Positions 8,575-15,040 of a stretch of 24,030 nt of DNA are shown here, piece after piece. The stretch comes from a virus. Taxonomy: Duplodnaviria > Caudoviricetes. The stretch's first letter is position 1, and each line of letters starts with the position of its first letter. The stretch is taken from IMG/VR virus record IMGVR_UViG_3300038393_000202, positions 1 through 24,030 of that record. One strand, 5' to 3'. The position numbers and the translations under genes were made by a program. The notes beneath the pieces were generated by a model that was not told the DNA's origin, did not search any database, and saw only the letters and a program-made list of their open reading frames with translations.

Positions 8575-8637
8575 GTTAGCCTATCTCTTCAGTCGTGGTC
8601 GGCCATCTCCACAAGACCGGATTACTCCGGTTTCGAC
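8575..8637 (-). ncRNA. Type II hammerhead ribozyme HH1 with pseudoknot
   Basis: Minus strand GTC-GAAA-CCGGA-GTAA-TCCGG-TC^-TTGTGG-AGATGGCCGA-CCACGA-CTGAAGA-GAT-AGGCTAAC. Complete core; stems differ from HH2 but still pair; loop I TGGCC pairs with 3' GGCTA. Begins immediately after the HNH stop. Predicted cut between 8615 and 8614. Confidence 0.88.
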
Positions 8638-8928
8638 TCAACCATTCCACACCAGTTCGCGCCAGTTCGGGGGGATGATTCCTTTCGCCAGCGCCGACGC
8701 GATCATCCCTCTGTGACGCTGGTCGTCGCGAAGTACGTGACACTTGTAGCAAAGAGTCCGAAGGTTCTTCAAAGAGTTGTCCGCATTCTTTCCGCTCTTG
8801 ATGTGGTCGATGTGGCACTCTTGGAGAGACTGCGGAGCTTGACAACGAACACACCGTCTCCCGTCGCACTCCCATACAATCCGCCTAAGTTCCCGCCACA
8901 CTTCTTTAGGAGGACGTTTCTTAGGCAC
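8638..8928 (-). CDS. HNH endonuclease (McrA-like zinc-binding), 96 aa
   Basis: DGRRCVRC...CHIDHIK...NSLKNLRTLCYKCH = CxxC-DH-N-CxxCH signature. GTG start at 8928 overlaps the end of the RAMP gene by 8 nt. Confidence 0.88.
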   Translation of the reverse strand: MPKKRPPKEVWRELRRIVWECDGRRCVRCQAPQSLQECHIDHIKSGKNADNSLKNLRTLCYKCHVLRDDQRHRGMIASALAKGIIPPNWRELVWNG

Positions 8929-9535
8929 CCCGCTTCGCCTTCTCCTCCTCGATTTCGAAGGACTCAACCACAAAGCGCCCAAATCCGATGCCACGACCAT
9001 CGCCAAGGCCAACGAGCCTTCCCGCATCGTGAATGACCGCTTGCATCTCGCCGCGACTAACAATCGTCACGTCCCAAACGATGGTGAAGGAGCATGACCA
9101 GCCAACAGAAGCGGCTACGCGATAGCGGACGTTGCGGCCCTTGGTGGCTTTGTTGACGACCCCTCTAACATCGAGGTACACGGGTTCATCGACGGTGTTA
9201 ATTAGGTCGGGGTAGATGTTGTCGGGTACGAATCGGTCAACGAGGATACGGTCATCCATTATTTGAAGCGTAGCCGCTACTAGGGACTGGATACTCCCCT
9301 TTCCCTTCTTAGTGTGCTTCGCCGCATCCCGCAAGCACCCGAAAGCGTAACTCGGCTCAAGATACAACTGCTTGTCCTTGGTCATCAGAACAGTGCGCTT
9401 CCACTCTTCTGGATCGTTGCCCGCTACCCCTGTGCGCTCCTTCTTCTCCAGAGGTAGCGCATCCGGGCCAAAGCGGTGCCAAAGAATCGGGCGTGTCCCA
9501 CGAATCGAAACCCGTGCCGTTGCGATGTTTCCCAT
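8921..9535 (-). CDS. Stand-alone RAMP/Cas7-like RNA-binding protein (Vipr-like), 204 aa
   Basis: N-terminal strand VSIRGTRPILWH, LYLEPSYAFGCLRDAA (resembles the RAMP P.IP.SSLKG.LR motif), and C-terminal glycine-rich loop AGRLVGLGDGRGIGFGRF. Strong GAGGAGG RBS. No other cas genes in the window. Confidence 0.78.
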   Translation of the reverse strand: MGNIATARVSIRGTRPILWHRFGPDALPLEKKERTGVAGNDPEEWKRTVLMTKDKQLYLEPSYAFGCLRDAAKHTKKGKGSIQSLVAATLQIMDDRILVDRFVPDNIYPDLINTVDEPVYLDVRGVVNKATKGRNVRYRVAASVGWSCSFTIVWDVTIVSRGEMQAVIHDAGRLVGLGDGRGIGFGRFVVESFEIEEEKAKRGA

Positions 9536-9583
9536 GCCTCGTGTCCTCCTCGTTCAGAATGTTGAATCCTAGTCCCAAGCACA

Positions 9584-9612
9584 GTTATACACCATGTCGA
9601 TATCACTGTCAA
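9584..9612 (-). promoter_or_regulatory. sigma70/sigmaA promoter for the RAMP-HNH-ncRNA unit
   Basis: TTGACA (9612-9607), 17 nt, TATAAC (9589-9584). The -35 overlaps the HTH stop codon. Confidence 0.8.
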
Positions 9613-9794
9613 CCCTCTTCTTTAAGGACAGGCTTCTTCAACTCCGCCACGTCATCGGCGCGAAAGTGGTTCTCCTTGCTACCGACCATCTTGTATGCCT
9701 TGATTCCGCCGCTCTTGATAAGCCGTTGTAAAGTCGGACGTGAGATTCCCAACTCCTTCAACACCTGCGCCGTAGTCAACCATTCCTGTGACAC
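9609..9794 (-). CDS. Excisionase/MerR-like helix-turn-helix DNA-binding protein, 61 aa
   Basis: WLTTAQVLKELGISRPTLQRLIKSGGIKAYK..FRADDV pattern typical of HTH_17/excisionase proteins. GGAAGGGGGAG RBS before GTG. Confidence 0.85.
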   Translation of the reverse strand: MSQEWLTTAQVLKELGISRPTLQRLIKSGGIKAYKMVGSKENHFRADDVAELKKPVLKEEG

Positions 9795-9817
9795 GCCATC
9801 TCCCCCTTCCGTGAATC

Positions 9818-9846
9818 AGTATAAGACAATTCATACACCATGTCAA
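9818..9846 (-). promoter_or_regulatory. sigma70/sigmaA promoter for the HTH gene
   Basis: TTGACA (9846-9841), 17 nt, TATACT (9823-9818). Confidence 0.8.
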
Positions 9847-9870
9847 CACGTCGAATCTATTAGATTTGTG

Positions 9871-9900
9871 TTGACTATCGTTGATACAGTATGATACAGT
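9871..9900 (+). promoter_or_regulatory. Possible divergent promoter for ORF 9956
   Basis: TTGACT (9871-9876), 18 nt, TACAGT (9895-9900) with TG at 9892-9893. Overlaps direct repeat TGATACAGT (9882-9890 and 9892-9900). Confidence 0.45.
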
Positions 9901-9955
9901 TTGAACCAAGGATGAAATCCCCACCTGACGCAACACTCTGAGGAGGTCGTCACAC

Positions 9956-10372
9956 ATGGCTAGGAATCGTCGGTTCAAGTTGCCGGATACGCTGACGGAA
10001 AAGGACTGGAACACCCTGCTATCGGTCGCCGTTGATTACGCGATGTGCGAAAACATGGGAGCCTTCATGTCGCACGTCGAGTCCTTTACGTCTACAGTGT
10101 CCGTCATGTGCGGGTTGGAAAGTCCCGAAGTCGCCAACGGGCTAAAGACAACCGCGAAGTCATTCCTCAAGCAGATTGAAGACATCCAAACCGACATGAT
10201 GCTCGCGGCGGCTTCAGCTGGTATCGCCATAGGTAAGCGCGAGGGTCTGCGGGCTGGAATAAAGGCACTCGGCGATAGGTCAGCTAAGAACATGCTTCGA
10301 CTGCTCACGGCCATCACGAGCGACAGGGCCGCAGACAGCACACTCAAGAGCGTTAACAAGGTGACAGCATAG
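9956..10372 (+). CDS. Hypothetical helical protein, 138 aa
   Basis: GAGGAGG RBS at 9940-9946, ATG start, downstream hairpin. No recognised motif. Confidence 0.7.
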   Translation: MARNRRFKLPDTLTEKDWNTLLSVAVDYAMCENMGAFMSHVESFTSTVSVMCGLESPEVANGLKTTAKSFLKQIEDIQTDMMLAAASAGIAIGKREGLRAGIKALGDRSAKNMLRLLTAITSDRAADSTLKSVNKVTA

Positions 10373-10379
10373 AACGAGC

Positions 10380-10421
10380 GAGGCTAGAGGCGTAAGGGGT
10401 CCCCCCCGGTCCTCTAGCCTC
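10380..10421 (+). terminator. Hairpin after ORF 9956 (possible terminator)
   Basis: GAGGCTAGAGG (10380-10390) pairs with CCTCTAGCCTC (10411-10421). 20-nt loop and poor U tract. Confidence 0.4.
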
Positions 10422-10431
10422 ATGGTTTGGA

Positions 10432-10460
10432 TTGAACTTTCTATAGGTTCATGTTAATCT
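10432..10460 (+). promoter_or_regulatory. Possible promoter for the membrane protein gene
   Basis: TTGAAC, 17 nt, TAATCT with extended -10 TG (10452-10453), in an AT-rich spacer. Confidence 0.45.
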
Positions 10461-10484
10461 ACACTTGTAAAGGAGGGATTGGTT

Positions 10485-10835
10485 ATGGAATGGCGTTGCA
10501 CCCGTTGCGGGTCCGACCACATCAATCACAAGCCCAAGAGTGAAATGGGAACGATACCGCTCACAATCCTCATCGCTGGCGGGTTGACCGTTATCGCCTG
10601 GAAGGTGATAGGCGCGCTCACCAACGGCGGAATGTTGGAAGGCGCTATCCTCTTCTTCATGCTCTGCATCGTCACCGTGCCGTTGGTGCTCGTGATTGCT
10701 GTCGTCATCGCATCCGCCATCACCGGCGAGGGCAAGATGCACACCGCAACCTGCCACAACTGCGGCAACGAGTGGCATGAAAAAGGGGCGTGCCCGCCTA
10801 AGCAGACCGCCCCTTCTAGCCATCCATCACGTTGA
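10485..10835 (+). CDS. Small membrane protein with split zinc ribbon (CxxC-2TM-CxxC)
   Basis: AGGAGG (10471-10476) 8 nt before ATG 10485. CTRC, two hydrophobic stretches, then CHNC. Confidence 0.75.
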   Translation: MEWRCTRCGSDHINHKPKSEMGTIPLTILIAGGLTVIAWKVIGALTNGGMLEGAILFFMLCIVTVPLVLVIAVVIASAITGEGKMHTATCHNCGNEWHEKGACPPKQTAPSSHPSR

Positions 10836-11055
10836 ACTTGCCAGCGAACTTCATCACATCGTCGAGCGAGTCTGCCGAAAGGCTCTCCTCGACGGGCGGG
10901 GTGTTCGACTTCTTGCCGCCGCCCTTACCCACCATGCCGAACGCCCCGATCTTGAACATCCCCGCCTTGTCAGCGTAGAGGTTAATCTGCGGGATGGTCA
11001 GTCGCAGGATGTCGTCATGGCGCAAAGAGGTGTTGGCGACGAGGAACCCAATCAC
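10816..11055 (-). CDS. Tail assembly chaperone second ORF (gpT-like), probably a frameshift extension
   Basis: Follows the chaperone gene; DDILRLTIPQINLY motif. Frame is open upstream to 11163 and lies in the -1 frame across the upstream stop. Confidence 0.6.
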   Translation of the reverse strand: MIGFLVANTSLRHDDILRLTIPQINLYADKAGMFKIGAFGMVGKGGGKKSNTPPVEESLSADSLDDVMKFAGKFNVMDG

Positions 11056-11120
11056 ATCATCGAGTGTCCACGCCTCCCCCGACGCCTTTGCGTTGGGGGT
11101 TTCGTCTGAGGAAGCGGTGG

Positions 11121-11453
11121 TTAGCCCGATATTCCACCGATGGCCTTGAGGCAGTCTGTCACGTCAGCCGTCGTCCACCCGTCGTTCTGCACGTTGTCGA
11201 ACGTGACGGGTTCACCCTTGTCGGTGCGAACAGCTTTGCCGAGCCAGTGGACGAAGCGTTCCCGCCCTTCGCCAGCTTGCACGAGGTAAAGCGCGTTGTA
11301 CGCCCACAGGTACTCCTCGCCGAACGCAATCGCATCCGTGACGAGAAGGGGGAGCACCTTGTACGTTTGCCCCCCCGCCTCGAAGTCCTTCGCCCGCGCA
11401 AGCAACTTGTCTAAGTCAGTGTACTCGCGCTCGGGCTTACCCTTCGGTGCCAT
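11121..11453 (-). CDS. Tail assembly chaperone (gpG-like)
   Basis: 110 aa directly after the major tail gene, with AGGAGG RBS. Confidence 0.7.
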   Translation of the reverse strand: MAPKGKPEREYTDLDKLLARAKDFEAGGQTYKVLPLLVTDAIAFGEEYLWAYNALYLVQAGEGRERFVHWLGKAVRTDKGEPVTFDNVQNDGWTTADVTDCLKAIGGISG

Positions 11454-11464
11454 CAGTCACCCTC

Positions 11465-12217
11465 CTAGCTTTCGATGGCGAGTTCGTAGACTTCCTCACC
11501 GGCAGGCGGGTCGTCCACCATGAACGTGACGCTCCAACCAGTTGGAGTGTTACTCCGCTCGGGCGATGCGATGTCACCATCGACAGTGACGCGGTTGTAG
11601 GTCAGCGACCACACCTTGCTCACGCCCTCGTTCTTGGCGTCCACCGCCTTGCCAGCGATGGTAAGCGTGAAGGCGTCAGAGTTGGCATCCTGCGCCAGCG
11701 TCGAGGACATGCCCGTAACGGAGGTGTCGTAGACGATGGTGATGTACTTGCCAGCATCAGCGGCGTTGAACGTCATCACGCTCGCGGCGAGTACGTACTC
11801 GCCAACGGCAGGAGTGGTCACTCCCGTATCGAACGGCGTCTCGTCCTGCTCCTGCACGGCCTCACTGTCCGCAACGGGCGTCTTGGAGAGCGTCACCGTG
11901 TACGGCGCGGAGGACGGGATGCGTGCAGGCTGAATAACCCGCACAATCTTGCCAGCGCCTGTCGTAACGGTCGCACCCTTCAGCGCCTCCGCGAACTTCG
12001 GCACGTACGAGTTAAGCGCGAGAGTGACCTTCGCCTCCGCCCCCGTTGTGTAGGACCGCCCGAACTTGCCGTTGCCGTTGTTGAGCTTGGTCTTCTGGAT
12101 GGTCGTGCTCTCCGTGATCTTGTCCAGCATACCAACGAACAGGAAACGTGCGGAGTCCCGCTGGCGAATCAGCTCGACGTTACCCGCTTCCTTGAATACG
12201 AGTTCCGTAACGCTCAC
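11465..12217 (-). CDS. Major tail (tube) protein
   Basis: 250 aa, Thr/Ala/Val-rich beta protein between tail terminator and chaperones. Confidence 0.75.
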   Translation of the reverse strand: MSVTELVFKEAGNVELIRQRDSARFLFVGMLDKITESTTIQKTKLNNGNGKFGRSYTTGAEAKVTLALNSYVPKFAEALKGATVTTGAGKIVRVIQPARIPSSAPYTVTLSKTPVADSEAVQEQDETPFDTGVTTPAVGEYVLAASVMTFNAADAGKYITIVYDTSVTGMSSTLAQDANSDAFTLTIAGKAVDAKNEGVSKVWSLTYNRVTVDGDIASPERSNTPTGWSVTFMVDDPPAGEEVYELAIES

Positions 12218-12230
12218 TCAATCATCCCCC

Positions 12231-12641
12231 TCATATCACGTTGTGGTGCTTAAACCGAACCGCCTCGCAGTAGAAACCAGAGGCGGTGGGCATATCTGGT
12301 AGGTGCGCATCGAAGATGAGACGCATCTGCCCTACGTCGCGCTTGTGCAGGAGCGCATGGACTCGTCCTATCGCCTGCTGGGCGACGTGTGACTGTGCCA
12401 GCGGTACGTACACGTCAATCTCCACCAACTGCTCAGGCATGTCCACGTTGCGACTTCGCCGCGACGGTGGCTTGAACACGGTGATGCGCTTGACGTTCTC
12501 CGCGAGTGCACCGGGGTCACGCCGCTTGACGACGTGTGCTTTGGCGTCTGCCGCGCTCCACCCCATGAGCGACTGCACTTCCACGTCAGCCACAATCGCC
12601 TTCCACACGTCGGTTAGGTCGCCATACGGGTCGAAAGCCAC
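12231..12641 (-). CDS. Tail terminator/completion protein
   Basis: 136 aa, VEIDVYVP..IGRVHALL pattern, directly upstream of the major tail gene. Confidence 0.65.
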   Translation of the reverse strand: MAFDPYGDLTDVWKAIVADVEVQSLMGWSAADAKAHVVKRRDPGALAENVKRITVFKPPSRRSRNVDMPEQLVEIDVYVPLAQSHVAQQAIGRVHALLHKRDVGQMRLIFDAHLPDMPTASGFYCEAVRFKHHNVI

Positions 12642-12645
12642 GGCA

Positions 12646-13200
12646 TCACCTCCCGTCCACTATCAGGTAGCGCCCCCAATCGACGCCGTTGAACGCCTCC
12701 TGCACCACCGCCTGCATCCGTCCCTGCTCCATCCACCGCATCGCAGTCTGTAACGCGTGTGACGGTAACTTTGGGCGGAACTTGCCGCTAGGCACCATCT
12801 CAAGGTTCTTGCCAGCGTTGCGACCAGAGGAGTACCGAGTCTCCCCGAAGATGGTTTCATACTCACCCTTGGGGCGACCCACTATCGCGTTGCCCGTTCG
12901 AAGTGGATTCCACAGCGAACTCGCGCGGTACTCATCTAAAGCGGGGTTGTCAGTAGGTCCGTCCATCAGACTTCCGCGCCCGTGCTCGTCCATCGCCGCC
13001 CACGCACCACCAACCACCTCCGCGGCGATGATGCCAGCAACCTCCGTCACATCGCCCTCGTACCACGAGTCGGCGTGCTCACGGTCGCGCATACCCGCCT
13101 GCGTCTCGCGGAGGAGTTCGTCCTGCAACTGCACCATCGCGGCGAGTAGGTTGCGCTTCAGGTCAGCGATGGCGGCGTTGGTGTCGAAGCGAACGCCCAC
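12646..13200 (-). CDS. Neck/tail completion protein (HK97 gp10-like position)
   Basis: GTG 13200 after AGGGGGTGG. AAMDEHGRG and PSHALQTAM resemble the gp10-like EYGT and P.PFL motifs. Confidence 0.6.
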   Translation of the reverse strand: MGVRFDTNAAIADLKRNLLAAMVQLQDELLRETQAGMRDREHADSWYEGDVTEVAGIIAAEVVGGAWAAMDEHGRGSLMDGPTDNPALDEYRASSLWNPLRTGNAIVGRPKGEYETIFGETRYSSGRNAGKNLEMVPSGKFRPKLPSHALQTAMRWMEQGRMQAVVQEAFNGVDWGRYLIVDGR

Positions 13201-13211
13201 GCCACCACCCC

Positions 13212-13394
13212 CTAGACGTAGCGCACGGGACGCCAACCATCAGGAACCTTCCAACTCAACCCTACGACGTGACCAGCGGAGGCGAAATGGTAGGAGACGC
13301 CCGTGACTAGACGGTGTGTTGTCCATACGCTTCGGTCCATCAACGCCACCACGTCCATGACGCGGAAAGCCAACCAATCAAGTACGTCACTCAT
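13212..13394 (-). CDS. Hypothetical protein, 60 aa
   Basis: ATGA overlap with the upstream stop and GGGGAGG RBS. Fills the gap between connector genes. Confidence 0.5.
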   Translation of the reverse strand: MSDVLDWLAFRVMDVVALMDRSVWTTHRLVTGVSYHFASAGHVVGLSWKVPDGWRPVRYV

Positions 13395-13948
13395 CGGTTG
13401 TCCTCCCCAAGTTGCACCCGCACGACGCCGCTCATGGCTACGTCGTCGATGCTCTCCACGCGGTAGTTGCGCCCGTTGTAGACGAGGCGGTCGAGCACTT
13501 GCACCCCCATCGACGACGGCAGTTGGAAGATGTAGCGCGTCTGGTCGAGCAGTCCGGGGTCGTCGGCACGTAGACGAGCGGTGACAATCTGCCCCCATGC
13601 TGGTGTTGACCCTAGCGAGGTCCACGCTTGGGTGTCGTTACCGTCGTCATCCTTGCCTTCAACCAACCGCTTGTGCTCCACCGTCACGTTGCACTTGACC
13701 GCGAACCACTCCTGCACGCCGAGTGAAGGCGGCGCAGTCTGCACGAGGTACGACTCGCCGTTCACCGTGAACACGTCACCGCTGACGAGCATCGCATCCA
13801 CCAAGATGATGCCCGTCCACTCGCCGTCACGGTTGGCTACATCGCCGCTCGTACGGACACGCTTCATACTCACCTTCGACGACACCGCGGGAGTGCGCTG
13901 AATGACGCACGGTTGTCCATATTGCTTTAGGTATGAAACCGCGTACAT
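13391..13948 (-). CDS. Head closure/head-tail joining protein
   Basis: C-terminal GVQVLDRLVYNGRNYRVESID motif of SPP1 gp16-like proteins; similar N-terminal GDVFTVNGESYLV. Confidence 0.7.
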   Translation of the reverse strand: MYAVSYLKQYGQPCVIQRTPAVSSKVSMKRVRTSGDVANRDGEWTGIILVDAMLVSGDVFTVNGESYLVQTAPPSLGVQEWFAVKCNVTVEHKRLVEGKDDDGNDTQAWTSLGSTPAWGQIVTARLRADDPGLLDQTRYIFQLPSSMGVQVLDRLVYNGRNYRVESIDDVAMSGVVRVQLGEDNR

Positions 13949-13969
13949 TCGCTCACCCCCTCGTTGTCG

Positions 13970-14599
13970 TTAGGCAACCCACGTCTCGCCCGAGTCGATG
14001 TCCATGAGCGTCAGGTTCCCGCCGTAAGCGGCACCCGTGTCTATACCCACCTTGTCCTCGCCGTACCACGGCTCCCACTTCATCTCACCGTGCAGATTCG
14101 GCGTCGGGGTATGTCCGAAGAACACCTTCTTGCCACGGTAATACTCGTAGAACTCACCGCGAATCCAACAGAGGATGCCTTCACCCTGATTCTCTAGCGG
14201 GTAATCCGCAAGGACGCCAGCGTGAACTAAGATGCAATCCGGTTCCTCGTGGTAGAGAGGTAGACTGTCAAGCCATTCCAACACATCCTGCGGAGGAAGA
14301 CCATCGAAGTCTCGAACGGTCGTCCTTCCGCCGTTGTGTTGCACCCAAAACGCGTGAGCGATTGGGTCACGACTCGCCTCAACAGGCATGGCGTCGTGGT
14401 TGCCCTTCAAGGCGATAGCCCCATCCGCAACGAGCGCCCGCACAATCTCCACCGTCGCCTTGCTGTCGGTGCCTCGGTCAACGTAGTCTCCAAGAAGGAA
14501 CAGCCTGTCCACCTTCGGCTCATAGCCCGCCTTGGCGAGCACTTGCAGAAGGCGATGCCCTTCGCCGTGAATGTCGCTAACCACTAAGCGTCTGCCCAT
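13970..14599 (-). CDS. PPP-family Ser/Thr protein phosphatase (metallophosphoesterase), 209 aa
   Basis: Motifs SDIHG, LGDYVDRG, KGNHD, VHAG, FGHTP, GIDTGAAYGGNLT. Start moved to ATG 14599 with G-rich RBS. Confidence 0.92.
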   Translation of the reverse strand: MGRRLVVSDIHGEGHRLLQVLAKAGYEPKVDRLFLLGDYVDRGTDSKATVEIVRALVADGAIALKGNHDAMPVEASRDPIAHAFWVQHNGGRTTVRDFDGLPPQDVLEWLDSLPLYHEEPDCILVHAGVLADYPLENQGEGILCWIRGEFYEYYRGKKVFFGHTPTPNLHGEMKWEPWYGEDKVGIDTGAAYGGNLTLMDIDSGETWVA

Positions 14600-14613
14600 A
14601 TCGTCACCCCCCC

Positions 14614-15024
14614 CTACCTCTGCGGTCCTGCCAAGCCGAAGAACCCGCGCCCCGTGTTTGGCATGTCGGCGTCGAGTTTGCCAAGGTACTTGTCGCGTTC
14701 GGCTTCGAGGTTTGCCCTCTTCCTCTCCCAATCGACCGTTACCTCGTACTCGCCACTCGGACCCTTCTGGCGCGACGGTAGCCGTGCCGCCATAGAGTCC
14801 ACGACGATGTGGGCACACTCGCACACAACCGCCGCTTCAAGGTACACGCGCTTGTCATCGACGAGCGATTCCCACCCGTCCACGGCACCGATGACGTTAG
14901 CCTCTGCGACGGTAATCACTTCGGGTTGCTGGAGGACCGCATCGGGGAGGTAGGAATCATCGACGCCCACCTTCGCCCGAACGCGGTCCTGCCAGCCAGC
15001 GGCGGTCAAGATGCGGTTACTCAT
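14614..15024 (-). CDS. Head-tail adaptor/connector
   Basis: 136 aa directly after the capsid gene. Helical N-terminus, then KGPSGEYEVT strand as in gp15-like adaptors. Confidence 0.7.
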   Translation of the reverse strand: MSNRILTAAGWQDRVRAKVGVDDSYLPDAVLQQPEVITVAEANVIGAVDGWESLVDDKRVYLEAAVVCECAHIVVDSMAARLPSRQKGPSGEYEVTVDWERKRANLEAERDKYLGKLDADMPNTGRGFFGLAGPQR

Positions 15025-15040
15025 CCCGCATCACCCCTAA

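Noticed and set aside
8422-8592. CRISPR mini-array (19-nt near-repeat at 8422-8440 and 8574-8592 next to a Cas7-like gene)
   Set aside because: Only two copies, 152 nt apart. The intervening DNA is itself 5-nt periodic, the repeat is the hammerhead 3' part, and no other cas genes are present.
8483-9036. ORFs 8483-8716 (+), 8563-9036 (+) and 8576-8875 (-)
   Set aside because: Shadows of the HNH gene and the structured RNA, with no RBS or protein-like features.
8929-9063. N-terminal extension of the HNH in the ORF track
   Set aside because: Lies inside the RAMP gene; the coupled GTG at 8928 is more plausible.
9609-9794. True excisionase marking an integration module
   Set aside because: No integrase or att-like repeats in the window; context favours a transcriptional regulator.
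14600-14824. N-terminal extension of the phosphatase in the ORF track
   Set aside because: Overlaps the adaptor gene; the domain and RBS begin at 14599.
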